Below are positions 1 through 14,011 of a stretch of 64,000 nt of DNA, one piece after another (the first letter of the stretch is position 1; every line of letters begins with the position of its first letter). The notes under the pieces were generated by a model that did not search any database, was not told the origin of the DNA, and was given only the letters and a program-made list of their open reading frames with translations. The position numbers and the translations under genes are program-made. Origin of the DNA: Octopus bimaculoides (taxonomy: Eukaryota); the NCBI RefSeq assembly GCF_001194135.2, contig NC_068987.1, positions 17,567,797 to 17,631,796 on the forward strand, in the 5' to 3' direction.

Positions 1-926
1 TATATATATATATATATATATATATATTATGAGAGAGAGAGAATGAAAGCGACAGAAAAAGATAGAAAAAAGTATACACAACTCAGTGTAATGGAGACAG
101 AGAACTTCATAAGTGACTATAGCACATGTACTGCATTCACCCATACATACGTATTACTCATATAGATATGCGAAAGCATACACATACAGAAACACACACA
201 TATTAATACAATGTAAATGAAGATCAGCTATTAATAACTCACAGACTACCCAGTAATCGTGGTTTTGACATAAATGATATCACCATTCCAAAATCTTTTT
301 ACCAAAGTCGGATCAGGTTAATTATGCTCTTCAATCACGTACAGTCACCCATATTTTGGGGGCGTCGTTTTCGATGGTAATGACATGTAAAGATTTATAC
401 CATAATTAGTAGCAGTTGAAATTCTAGACGAAATGAGATAGTTACATTTCATCTCATACAATAAACACATTTTGGATAAGTATATTTTTTGAGCCAAATC
501 ATTTAGTAAAATGTTATTCTTTGTAGTTTTAGAATCAGAGAATCTGAATAGTCTTGAAGCAGGCCAAAGTTCAGGCACGAGGCTCAGTATCTTGATTCAT
601 AGCAAGTATGAAACTGCAGACACACGCACGCGCGCAAACGCAAAACACGCGCGCGCACACACACGCACAACAGTCGCACACAGAGACGCACAAAAAAAGA
701 AATAATCACTCACATACACAGACCTCTCTGTATGCATACATACATTTAGGTATATATACGTGTGTATGTTTGAATGTAAGCATGCAGATGCATATATACT
801 CATATATAGCCATATATAGTTAACATGTGTGATATAGAAATGTTTAGTACAGAAAACAGATTGTAAAGCGTAAACTTCAAATTCTTAACGAGGATTAGGC
901 CCACGGTATAAAGAGTGGCTATGTAT

Positions 927-1452
<526 letters not shown>

Positions 1453-1725
1453 ATCTGGCATGAAATGGCATATGGCGACTGTTCTCCACTTTCCACACAT
1501 TTTAAAATTAGAGAACAATCACCATATTCCCTTCCATGTCTGCTGCCTCTGATGAGCGTATTTCTATAAACGGGTTTGTCGTCTAACACTCCATTGTATT
1601 TTTTGCGCGAAACTGTAACCGTGAAGGATACTTAAAACCATAAAATTCGGTTAATATACCCACTCTTCAAACAGTTATGAGTGTATCTTCTGCCTGACGT
1701 ATGGCCTCTTAGACGATTCAGACAA

Positions 1726-1726
<1 letters not shown>

Positions 1727-1784
<58 letters not shown>

Positions 1785-1850
1785 TTATCAATCTATCTAT
1801 TTAGCAATTTATCTATCTATCTATCTACCTATGTATCTATCTATCTATCT
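1727..1850. repeat. (TATC)n tetranucleotide microsatellite
   Basis: Directly visible. Similar tracts at ~15401-15470, ~16320-16400 and (GATA)n at ~51838-52065. Confidence 0.95.
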
Positions 1851-2382
1851 ACCGTGGTCTTTTCCGTAGGCTTTTCTCTCCACGGATAAACCTAATCTGT
1901 TCCCCGTTTTTTACATCGACTGTGATACACGATCCCTATTGATCGCNNNNNNNNNNNNNNNNGTTTTTTTTTTCTTTTCTTCCCGCGATCCCTTTTGATC
2001 CAAATTATCCCCACCCCAAAAAAAGCTCTACTTTGTAATTTGTCCATTTTCTGTATTTAGCCCTGTGTGGCTATAATAAAAAGATATCTATCTATCTACC
2101 TATATATACATTTGCATTTTGTGCACTAATTATGAAATCATATGATATGCAGCTGAAGATGGTATATTTATAAGAAAACAAATCAAACAACAGTACTTTT
2201 TTTTTCTATACAGCTGTGATGATGATGACAACGACATCGATGACGATACGACAACGATCATGATTGTGACGCTGACAGAGACGGCAGCGACAACGACGAT
2301 GACCATAACAACAACAACAACAACAACGCAAAGGACTACGACAAAAATGATGATGGCGTAGAGGAGGAGATCATAATGACTA

Positions 2383-2452
2383 CAAAGAAGAAGAAGAAGA
2401 AGAAGAAGAAGAAGAAGAAGAAGAAGAAGAAGAAGAAGAAGAAGAAGAAGAA

Positions 2453-2503
<51 letters not shown>

Positions 2504-2535
2504 AATGATGATGATGATGATGATGATAATGATGG
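2383..2535. repeat. Compound (AGA)n(TGA)n trinucleotide microsatellite
   Basis: Directly visible. Other trinucleotide tracts at ~10355-10440, ~23128-23220, ~48543-48748, ~54905-55180 and ~61531-61645. Confidence 0.95.
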
Positions 2536-3314
2536 GGCTGGAGCGAATGTAGAGGAGATTATGACGATATCATTTTCCAATTACAATGAACTTAAGAGAA
2601 ATTGTATGTATTTTCATTTATGATATTAAGGCTAATAAAATGACTTACAAAAGTGAATACAAAACTCTTCGCTAATACAGAGAAATCCATTTAGTTTGCA
2701 ATTTAAATCTACCATAATGTGTTTATTTGTGTGTGTGGTGTACGTGTGTGTGTATGTGTGTGTGTGTTCTTAAATGACTTATACACATCTTCCACGCTGC
2801 ATTTGTTTTATATATATATATATATATGATATTGTTAATGATCCACAAAGGAATATATATTGAAGAAATGTCTGAGCTTGATGTTGTTACTTTAGCAGAA
2901 TCATTTCGATTGTATTTCGAAATTATGCAGACTATTAACAAATATAAATACGCATGTAAAAGCAGCAGACATTTTTGTATATCGGAATACAATGTGTTTT
3001 TTTCAAACATGAAACTAATCCCATACGGAGAGGCTTCTTTGAAGACAACTACTTCTCACTACATCTCTTCATCTGGTATTATGAACGTATTGCTAATTAT
3101 TATTTAATAATCGTAATGATATGAATATAATTATTAGAAGATTTCACTAAATTATAGAAAGAATAAATCACGAGAAAATTGAACAAGAAATAGAGCTTAA
3201 TTAAACATTAAATACACGCAAACACACAAACATATATGCAAATACACACAGGCACACAAACATATATAAAAATAGACACAAACACAGATATACGTATACA
3301 CCCATGCATACATG

Positions 3315-3365
<51 letters not shown>

Positions 3366-3407
3366 CCTGTTAGATTCAGTTCAACATATAAATTTAATAT
3401 GCCCACA

Positions 3408-3477
3408 GGCATATGGCGTAGTGGTTAAGAGCGCGAGCTACTAACCCCAAGATTCCGAGTCCGATTCCAGGCAGTGA

Positions 3478-3512
<35 letters not shown>
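3408..3512 (+). mobile_element. tRNA-headed SINE family D, head plus (AAT)n only (3'-truncated copy)
   Basis: A-box-like TGGCGTAGTGG and B-box-like GAGTCCGATTCC, then CAGGCAGTGACCTG(AAT)n. Same head as the copy at 13735-14011. Confidence 0.85.
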
Positions 3513-3559
3513 GTGTTTTTCTTGCCAAACCTAATTAATCTTGGTGGTAAAGTGTGCAT

Positions 3560-3820
3560 TTTCGTCAGTGCCATCGAATTAATTACCTGGCCATTCTCGG
3601 TACAGTGGTGAACTCTAATTCCTCGGATTCTCCAACTGCTTGTCAGATAATGTAGTGCCAAGCCATGACGAAACTAGATGACAACAGCGTATCTCCTTGT
3701 AGGACCCAAGCTTGCAGCTCAAGCACTTGAGTGTCCTCTTCCGATTTGAACATATGGGCTATCCCGTTGGCATAGATGTCTTCGAAGGTTCGCTGGAATC
3801 CTAAGTCGAGAGATTTAAAA
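3560..3820 (-). mobile_element. Decayed LINE reverse transcriptase fragment (RTE-like)
   Basis: Minus strand reads ...IYANGIAHMFKSEEDTQVLELQAWVLQGDTLLSSSFVMAWHYII*QAVGESEELEFT. This resembles the RT motif GVLQGDTLAPFLF..LDY..RQA. In-frame stop present. Confidence 0.7.
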
Positions 3821-4072
3821 TTCCATCAAGATCTTAAAGATTGTATGCAAAGAATAGATTGTAATGTGTCTTTAAAGACTGACGTTTGTAACATAAACGT
3901 TTATACAAAGAACTAGGATATGTATGAGCGCTACATGCTTCTCACGAAGACCGTTATGACAACTTGAGACTACCATTAACTGGTTGAGGAATATCCCATT
4001 ATATGGCTTTTCGTACGGGTGATTATTTGACAGTCAATTACCAAGCATTGTGATAATATCGCTTTAGTATTT

Positions 4073-4224
4073 TTACGTTCTGCGTTCAAATTCCGCCGAA
4101 ATCGACTTTGCCTTTCATTCTTTCGGGATCGATAAATTAAGTACCAGTTGCGTACTGGAGTCGCACTAATCGACTGGCCCCTTCCCCAAAACTTTCAGGC
4201 ATTGTGCCTAGAGTAGAAAAGAAT
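4073..4224 (+). mobile_element. SINE family A, 3' part of second monomer
   Basis: Core gttcaaattccgcc..gtcgactttgcctttcat..tcggg..gataaattaagtaccag shared with 17215, 58474 and 60752. Ends gtgcctagagtagaaaagaa. Confidence 0.9.
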
Positions 4225-5060
4225 ATAACTTTAGTAATATATCAAATGTCAGATACATAGAATATGTGTGCAGAGTAGGATCGGGAGCGATAAAGGCTAT
4301 ATATAATTAAATCGTAACATTAAAATATTGATTGAAAAGTCACAGTGTACAGAATCTCTAGTAAAACAAAGTATACTGCAAGGTCGTTAGGCATGTTAGA
4401 GATATCATTTGAAATCTTTCTCAAATAACATTCAACCAACTGAATTTTGAAGGAAGATATATCAGATAACACAATCACAGACAATACAAGAAAATATAAC
4501 AGGCATAAATAAGAAATTAAAACGGGATGGCTATCACTGCAACAAACGTATATTTCGTCTGTTCAAGCAAAAACGAATGCAACTGAAAAATATAAATACG
4601 ACTTCGACACCAGGTTGGAAATAGCAAATAGAATTCTAAATATAAAGTTCCAGTCGCTATAATTTGATCAGTGGAAACTTACAAACTATATACATAAACA
4701 ACTTCGATATAAGGAATAAAACTTTAAGAACAATTTGATTAAAACTCTCTATATAAAATGGTCAGACGAAGTCATTTAGTCTATTTGTGTGTCCAAATTG
4801 ATAGATAGATGAATAGAAAGATGGAAAGACAGATAGATGGATATGTCCGTAAGCAACATTCTACATGTGAACGCGTGTGTTGAAGCAAATTATGTTGTGT
4901 CTGGGGCGAGTAATACTGTCTTAATGCCTTAACACACGCACTGGTTCGATCTGCACTCATTTATTATTTATATTTTTTCTTCTAAAATGTTCGTTGCTTT
5001 TGCAATTTTGCAACCTTGAATGTTAAATCAGTGGATGTTGACGTCAGTGTGCATGTGTGT

Positions 5061-5850
<790 letters not shown>

Positions 5851-5920
5851 CTGAAATTGGAAGTATGAGGGTTCTCTCATATATGTATATGAGTGTATAT
5901 ATATATATATTTATATATGA

Positions 5921-5963
<43 letters not shown>

Positions 5964-6546
5964 TGTGTTCTTACAAATATACATACATATATTAGTGTGT
6001 GTGCATATACATGTGTGTGCTTGTACGTGTGTGCGCGTGCGTATCTATGTAGGTTGGTATGAAAGTATGCATATTATTTGTGCATATTATATACAGCAGC
6101 AAATCTTTCTGAAATTAGTACGAAACAATGGAAAAGTTAATACATTGGAGAAGTTATAAAGAGTGTCTATGTTTAAATGTATGTAGGTTGTGTACAACTA
6201 TGTAAGCATGTAGGTACATGTATGTTTGCATGTATGTATGAATGTATGTATGTATGTATAGGTATGTAAGCGTATGTTATGCCATTTAGAAATTAAGTAG
6301 CTTAATATTTGTAAGACAGAGTGGGAGATGTGTGAATTATTTCTTGATGCTTCAAAATTATGATCTTACTGTCATGCAGAAACAGGAAAGTGCCGAGTGC
6401 ATTATTAAAAGCACCATATTTACAGAGTACAGATAAAGAGTGCCAGTGCAAATAAGTATGAGGATATAAACAGAAATGTATATCTGTGTGTGGTGTATGT
6501 ATGTGAGTGTATGCGTGACCGCGTGCATGTGTGTGTATTGTATCTA

Positions 6547-6595
<49 letters not shown>

Positions 6596-6855
6596 NNNNN
6601 NNNNNNNNNNNNNNNNNNNNNNNNNNNNNNNNNNNNNNNNNNNNNNNNNNNNNNNNNNNNNNNNNNNNNNNNNNNNNNNNNNNNNNNNNNNNNNNNNNNN
6701 NNNNNNNNNNNNNNNNNNNNNNNNNNNNNNNNNNNNNNNNNNNNNNNNNNNNNNNNNNNNNNNNNNNNNNNNNNNNNNNNNNNNNNNNNNNNNNNNNNNN
6801 NNNNNNNNNNNNNNNNNNNNNNNNNNNNNNNNNNNNNNNNNNNNNNNNNNNNNNN

Positions 6856-6901
<46 letters not shown>

Positions 6902-7792
6902 CAAGACAAACACTCATACACACATATGTACATCCCCTGGCACGTACATTTATATCTCCTGTTCGCGCTTCCTTTGCCTTACTTTGTTGGGACACTCAGG
7001 AGAAACACACTTTGTTAAAATATATTATTAAACATACAACTTACACGTGAGCTACTCCAAGTTTTATGCTCGGAAAATGCAGTTTATTGACAGACTTGTA
7101 AACCATGGCATGCACTTACCAACAATTGTTATTCATGCGATATCAGCCAAAATTGCTTCAACATCTTGCAGCGCACGCATTATAATATTATCAGAAATAT
7201 GCATTTTCCCTTCATATGTGTGTGTTTGGGTGCATGCATCCATTTATATATATATATACATATATTGGGTTGGTGCATAATTATTGAGGCTTTTTTTCTA
7301 CAAATTCTATTCAACAAAAATTCTGGAACATATTCACCATCTACTTCAATTACTGGTTCGCATATATTTGGCAGACAGTCAGACCGTCGTTTAAAGATGA
7401 TTTTATTAAATATTGTTATTGCTTTTGTTGAATAACATTTGTTGAAAAAAAGCTGCAATAATTATGCACCAACCTAATATATATATATATATGCGCGTAT
7501 GTGTGTTTGTGTATGTGTATACACACACAGAGACAAATACATACATATACACATATGAGAAAATGTTATTAAAACAGAAACAGAATTTAGAAAAAAGAAA
7601 TTCTTTCAGTATTAAGGATTACTCAAAAGAAAAATCTTGGTAACCTAAAATAATTTTGCCTTTTTGGGTTTTGTTGTTATATTTATATTTTTTCAAAAAA
7701 AAATATTTCGAATACACTCACACACACATGTATATATTCAACATCCACAAACGCATTCATAATCTTATGTATATATTATTTTAATTGTATCA

Positions 7793-7931
7793 GACATTTG
7801 ACTTCGGCCATGGTGGAGCACCGCCTTGAAGGATTTTAGTCGAAGAAATCAACCTCCAGGACTCCTCCTTCGAAAGCCAGGTACTTATTATGTCGGTATC
7901 TTTTGCCGAACCACTAAGGTACGGAGACGTA

Positions 7932-7932
<1 letters not shown>
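7793..7932 (-). mobile_element. SINE family B, 3' part
   Basis: Reverse complement of ...cggttcggcaaaaga.accga..taataagtac...aaggcggtgctcca.catggccg. shared with 25197, 40205 and 52164. A further decayed 3' copy lies at ~23836-24003 (-). Confidence 0.8.
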
Positions 7933-7970
<38 letters not shown>

Positions 7971-7994
7971 CATACGTATGTATGTGTTTGTATA

Positions 7995-8235
7995 CAGTAA
8001 TCCCCCGCCATATCGCGGTTCACCTATCGCGGTTNNNNNNNNNNATCGCGGTTCACCTATCGCGGTTCACCTATCGCGGTTCACCTATCGCGGTTTATTA
8101 CTTAAGCTTACGTCGATTCCTCCGTGGTGTTGTTTTGCATTTATTGTTAAATAAATATATACAAATTATGAAAGTAATAAAATACGATATACAGTACAGT
8201 ACTGTTTCTACTCCACAGATTTTCACCTATCGCAA
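7995..8235 (+). mobile_element. Tigger/pogo-like MITE remnant with tandem 14-mer
   Basis: TA|CAGTAATCCCCCGCCATATCGCGG resembles Tigger-type TIR starts. It is followed by tandem ATCGCGGTTCACCT units spanning a gap, and a related tttcacctatcgc motif at ~8221. Confidence 0.5.
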
Positions 8236-8685
8236 TAGTCGAGGCATTATTTTATATATGTAAAACATACAGAAATATATAGAACAGTTTGAAAGGAATA
8301 AACTAACACATTTATAGTCTTGTATAAGTATTCTGAAAAACCAGCAAATTTTTGTGAGTACGTGATATGTGACAATTCTAATACTTATAATTATTATTGA
8401 TAGGTTCCTAGAATGTTTTAGAATATTCATTTTAATAATGCAGAAGCACTATACAACTAACTCGATTTTACTTCCAGCATCTTTTTCTTCTTTTACCGAA
8501 TTTAACAACCATATTTTACAAGATGGTCTAGGCTTGTGTTATTCATAAATGTGAGAGTAGTATTATTCTCATTAGTGTGGACAGTCTGAAGAGATACTAA
8601 AAACAAAACATTCAACTCAATTTTCTTTACGAAGAGACTTTTGTTATTGTTTCCACTGGTTTTATTGAAATAACTACGACCATAC

Positions 8686-8742
8686 CGGAGCCTTGTCTTC
8701 AATGATTCCATCTGTTCATATAGATCCGCAATGGTTTTAGTC
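8686..8742 (-). CDS. Candidate exon (57 nt) of unrecognised gene: TKTIADLYEQMESLKTRL
   Basis: AG...GTATGG boundaries, open frame, phase 2/2 compatible with 12627-12801. The acceptor has a poor pyrimidine tract. Confidence 0.25.
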
Positions 8743-8848
8743 CTATACAGATTTATAGTTCCCAATTATGAACCCATTACGTTATCCTTGTTCACATATA
8801 AGAATGCAATACATCACACTGGTATACAAAATCCTTATTTATATATAA

Positions 8849-8912
<64 letters not shown>

Positions 8913-9362
8913 NNNNNNNNNNNNNNNNNNNNNNNNNNNNNNNNNNNNNNNNNNNNNNNNNNNNNNNNNNNNNNNNNNNNNNNNNNNNNNNNNNNNNNNN
9001 NNNNNNNNNNNNNNNNNNNNNNNNNNNNNNNNNNNNNNNNNNNNNNNNNNNNNNNNNNNNNNNNNNNNNNNNNNNNNNNNNNNNNNNNNNNNNNNNNNNN
9101 NNNNNNNNNNNNNNNNNNNNNNNNNNNNNNNNNNNNNNNNNNNNNNNNNNNNNNNNNNNNNNNNNNNNNNNNNNNNNNNNNNNNNNNNNNNNNNNNNNNN
9201 NNNNNNNNNNNNNNNNNNNNNNNNNNNNNNNNNNNNNNNNNNNNNNNNNNNNNNNNNNNNNNNNNNNNNNNNNNNNNNNNNNNNNNNNNNNNNNNNNNNN
9301 NNNNNNNNNNNNNNNNNNNNNNNNNNNNNNNNNNNNNNNNNNNNNNNNNNNNNNNNNNNNNN

Positions 9363-9395
<33 letters not shown>

Positions 9396-9794
9396 TATAA
9401 AGGATGATATTACTGTTGTTATAACCTCCGGAAAATATCTTTTCCAGATGGCTATGGACACACAATCTGTGTTCGTATAGCATTCGCAAGGGTGGTCATC
9501 GCTCCTATCTTGAGCATTACGTGATACACACGGACTGGAATTTCTAGGTGGTTAACTGTCCTCAGTGTGAGACAATCACAGGCTTGTGACAAAGAAAAAA
9601 AAAACTTTCTTCACTCGCAGAGGCTATATATTGTTTAGGCGTCACATAGTTGCTGATCTCGTGTAGAGAAAACAACTTGTTTTAAATCTCTGTGTGAGAG
9701 ATATGCACTAAGAGTACCAAACGGTAATGTTTATATGCCAACAGAAGGACGATGTTGCTGTTAGTATGGCCCAATGAAAACAGCTTGTCCGGCT

Positions 9795-9979
9795 GGTTAT
9801 CAAACGCTACACGCCTTCCTTCCAAGCACTGCTTTAAACTGCAGAACCGCGGTAGAATTTTAAAACTTAGTGCGCGCGCACAACAGAGTTTAGTATCAAT
9901 CTTTATCAAGCGACTTCTCTCTGCGTGCATTAGCTTCGTTACTATAGCAACAGTCCGCATACTTATTGATCAGACTTCG
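9795..9979. mobile_element. Truncated Tc1/mariner-type MITE (one arm)
   Basis: Ends ...cagtccgcatacttattgatcagacttcg|TA and matches the arms of the MITE at 50004-50357. Confidence 0.75.
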
Positions 9980-10353
9980 TACGTATATATATATATATAT
10001 ATATATATATGCATACAACTCTGCACTGACTTACAAACCAGTTAATAACTGTATACACACACGCAAGCACACTTCAATAGCCAGTTATCTAGTACGTGTC
10101 TATTTGTATAAGATAAATGTATGTAAAATGTACTGCACTCTGTGCAATATTAATTCCATCATGCGGGTTTGTAGTTTCAGCTGTTGTACACCTAAATGAT
10201 AGGCTAAAATGATTAGCAGCATTGCACTTAAAGAAGTGCAGAAATGTCAATAATGCAACTGGCAATATTACTTACAAATGGAATAGCATCAATAATGCAT
10301 TTAGTGTTAAGTACATTATAAAGGAACGACAGTGAGCAACATCGTATCTGAAC

Positions 10354-10412
<59 letters not shown>

Positions 10413-11850
10413 TGATGATGATGACGACGACGACGAAGATGATGATGCTAATATCTGAATTAGACATTTTCTTCTTGGATTTTCTTCTTATTAACTGAGA
10501 TGTAGTTAGTTGATTGATGACTCAATCGATCTCCAAAATATGGATTTTCTTGGCACGCCTCAAGAATTCAGATCTATTGTGAATGTGAGATGCCTCAAGG
10601 ACATAGCCTTTGTGTCTTGCATAATATTTATATCTGTAAAATGATTTCAAACTGGACTCAAAAATTGTACTGAATAGTAATACAAACAATTATATCTTTC
10701 TGTGCATTAAACATGGAACTGCTGTTCTTTTTTCTAAGGCACAAAATTGTATACTTTGAGATAAATATATAGTTGTAGGTCTGAATAATTCAAAGTGAAT
10801 TTCATTTGTAATGGAAAAGAAACAGCTGCAACTAGAAAGGTGTATACTTTATAAATTTCCTTTCCATGAGTTCACCATTCGTTATACAGTACTCGTCTAT
10901 GGTTCCCTTGTAGTTTACTAGCAGTCTCATAGCAAATGTCATTATAGTTCCAAGGCAGGGTTTGATCAAGTAGACTGCAATGTAATAGAACATCGTTTTA
11001 TTGCGCCCGCAGGCTGGCATACACGTATGTACAAATTATAGTCAATTATAAAATTTATACAATACTCGTATGCCTCTTTGTGACATAGGTTGCGTTTCCA
11101 CTACGACTTAAAACGGTTAGACTCGAACAGAAAATCGTCCGGCAATTGCCATTTGAATAGAAATTTTGTTTTCACTATAAAATACATATTACTAGGTTTG
11201 TGCCACCCTTTTGATACCCAGATGAACTCTAGCTGAAAAATATTGAATACCTTATAAGTAATATAAACGTTCTTAATTCAGTGGTGGCGTTAATGAAGAT
11301 GTCACGTGTTAATTTAATGTGTTAACTTATATTTATTAATTGATATCAAATTATACCTAGATATATACAAGATTTAGACAGATATAAGAGTCAGAACTTG
11401 TGATCCGCCGCGGGCCTTCTTTCTTTTTGGAAATTTTTGCCCGTCGCACTAAAATGTTTTCCTACTCCTTTAATAGAAGGTTATATTTGACCTTCATTTT
11501 TTGTCACTCTATCAGTATTGCTTTCCAGATTCGCATGAACAAAAATCCTTTCCATTTGCCTTATTAGAAAACGATAAGATTGTATTCTTTGTAAAACTGT
11601 CACTGTTTGGCAGAATCATGTTTGCTTAAGAAGGCTTTTGGACAGAGATGACATGTATTTAGCTATTTCTGATTATTAACAGCAGTTGTAAGAAATAGAG
11701 TAACGGTCGAATGAAGCTTCAACACAGTTTCGTGAGATAGACGTCGGAGTGTATAGCGCCTAGAACGTGTGCTTGTGTAGAAATACTAACATAGAAATAT
11801 AAAATATATGAGTTATTCTTGGCTGGAATGATATGACTTATCAATCAGGG

Positions 11851-12228
11851 TTGTTCTTGTTGTATTCACTCCGCCGCTTACGACGTCGAGAGTTCCAGTT
11901 GATCCGATCAACGAAACAGCCTGCTCGTGAAATTAACGTGCAAGTGACTGAGCACTCCACAGACACGTGTACCCTTAGCGTAGTTCTCGGGGATATTCAG
12001 CGTGACACAGTGTGACAAGGCTGACCCTTTGAATTACAGGCACAATAGAAACAGGAAGTAAGAGTGAGAGAAAGTTGTGGTGAAAGAGTACAGCAGTGTT
12101 CGCCACCATCCCCTGCCGGAGCCTCGTGGAGCTTTAGGTGTTTTCGCTCAATAAACACTCACAACGCCCGGTATGGGAATCGAAACCGCGAGTCCGCTGC
12201 CCTAACCACTGGGCCGTTGCGCCTCCAC
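11851..12228 (-). mobile_element. Near full-length tRNA-headed SINE family C
   Basis: Minus strand begins gtggaggcgcaacggcccagtggttagggcagcggactcgcggtttcgattccc (A/B boxes) and ends ...gatcggatcaactggaactctcgacgtcgtaagcggcggagtg plus a (CAA)-like tail. The same tail appears at ~62930-63016 (+). Confidence 0.9.
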
Positions 12229-12626
12229 AATCAATCATGGTAAACGTCAACGAAACAACAGTGTAGCTGTTATTCCGATATGGAATATTGATGAGTGAAG
12301 ATTATTAATTTCATAAATCATAATTCATTGCTTCTAAATACGAGCGCTTATTTCGATTTAAGCGAAAACTGTAAAGCGCGTAAAATCTCACACTGTTCTT
12401 CATCACTATACTCTAGTGCCACTGTGTTTAGCGGGGAAGAAATCATTATATTATAAATGCATATTTATATCTGTTTCATGTTACATGTTAATATTTCATT
12501 ATTTTCTGCAAAACAAATTAACTAGCACGGGTCTAGAATTAACTCTCAATGAGTTAACTCGTTCAACCTGTGTCGATTCCTTTTAATTATGCTATCAATG
12601 CCTTTAAAAATTAAAAGGACATTAAC

Positions 12627-12801
12627 CTGACGATCACCATAAACTGCTCAAAGATGACAAGCAAATTCGTGAAGCCTGCCATTTGTTTTCTGTCATGTGG
12701 TTTCGAAGCTACAAATTGTCCTTCATACTCTTGGTTCGTGTACGATTCAAGGTATAGGAACGTTAATAATACGTAAAGGCAGTATCCCAGCACATTTTCA
12801 G
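12627..12801 (-). CDS. Candidate internal exon (175 nt) of unrecognised, possibly membrane, protein
   Basis: Strong acceptor tttacctgtttctttctcccag and donor CAG|GTTAAT. Only one of three frames is open: ENVLGYCLYVLLTFLYLESYTNQEYEGQFVASKPHDRKQMAGFTNLLVIFEQFMVIV, with two hydrophobic stretches. No family recognised. Confidence 0.45.
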
Positions 12802-13734
12802 CTGGGAGAAAGAAACAGGTAAAGGAGCAAAAAAGAAAAAAATTATAAAAATATAACTTACCAGTTCTTTTCTTTGTCCAGTTTAAAGAAAAGTTATATC
12901 TTCCGATACATTGCCAAAGGTCGTAAAACAAGTTGGAGCAAATACATTCTTGATACAACCCGATAGTATTATATCACTTTAAATTCATTTCAGTTATTTA
13001 CTCGCTCAACATATTTAACAAAGCCATGATGGCTCCAACAATATTCAATATCTGATTCCTAAAAATGTAGGGCTAATTTTGCCATAGTGTTATTTTATCA
13101 TGCACTAACATGCTTTGTAGAGCAGAAAATAAAGTAAATTGCATAGCTAGTCCGCGAAACAGATTTGATATTCAATCTAAATCGCTATGGTAGCTAAACC
13201 ATTTCAACAAAAAATAGAACGACTGAGTGTCTCATTTCCTACATTACTTTGGTTCCTATACTTAAAAGAAAAAGAAAACATCCAATATCTTCTGTTAGGT
13301 TTGAAGACTCCGTAACGAACATTTCCTTCACTATATTATTAATTCTGTCTGTATTCTTTAATTGGATTTCTTTATATGATATATTATTGTGTCACTCCAA
13401 TAACATGTCTATGTTCTTAAGAAGTTTACTTCGTACAAATGTCGTCTTGACATTATGAGAGGTGGTCGTATTATTTGTTAGCGTAAGTTGGTACAGACAA
13501 GTTATTTGAATGATTCATGTATACACGCACATATATAGTAAATATATTGTAATGGCATAACCATTCTGGAGAATTACAAATTCTTGAGATTATCTCCCTT
13601 TCACCATTGGAGTCGGCTGTAAATTCCGACAACCATTTGTTTACCGTCCTCTGAGTGAAAATGATTTTTAAAATTATCATTTCATCTAATTTATCAAAAA
13701 TATAAAACGTTAGCATAGTAAAATGCTTCACTAT

Positions 13735-13878
13735 TTATATTATTTACATTTGACGGATATTTGTCCTTATCTTGTTTGTTGTTAACACAACGTTTCGGCT
13801 GATATACCCTCCAGCCTTCATCAGGTGTCTTGGGGAAATTTCAAACCTGGGTTCTCATTCCTAAGGTATTTTTCGATG

Positions 13879-13944
<66 letters not shown>

Positions 13945-14011
13945 TCACTGCCTGGAATCGAACTCAGAATCTTGGAGTTTGTAATCAGCGCTCTTAAACA
14001 CTATGCCATAT
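13735..14011 (-). mobile_element. Full-length SINE family D: tRNA-like head, (AAT)n linker, hammerhead-containing tail
   Basis: Head matches 3408-3481 (B-box GAGTTCGATTCC). Then (AAT)n, then catcgaaaaataccttaggaatgagaacccagg...gacacCTGATGAaggctg...cagccGAAAcgttgtgtt...aaatgtaaataat. Confidence 0.85.
13784..13829 (-). ncRNA. Minimal type I hammerhead ribozyme, apparently intact
   Basis: GACAC CTGATGA A GGCTG gagggtatat CAGCC GAAA CG T T GTGTT. Stem I is 5 bp (one G-U), stem II a perfect 5 bp, stem III the palindrome ACGT. Predicted GUU cleavage between 13789 and 13788. Confidence 0.8.

Noticed and set aside
2826-3107. 93-aa plus-strand ORF
   Set aside because: No recognisable motif, weak splice signals and no partner exon.
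3408-3481. Functional tRNA gene (also the heads at 12170-12228, 13940-14011 and 40205-40265)
   Set aside because: No complete acceptor stem or cloverleaf, and the heads run into SINE bodies.
8011-8095. CRISPR-like array
   Set aside because: Units are 14 nt and directly adjacent with no unique spacers, and the context is eukaryotic.
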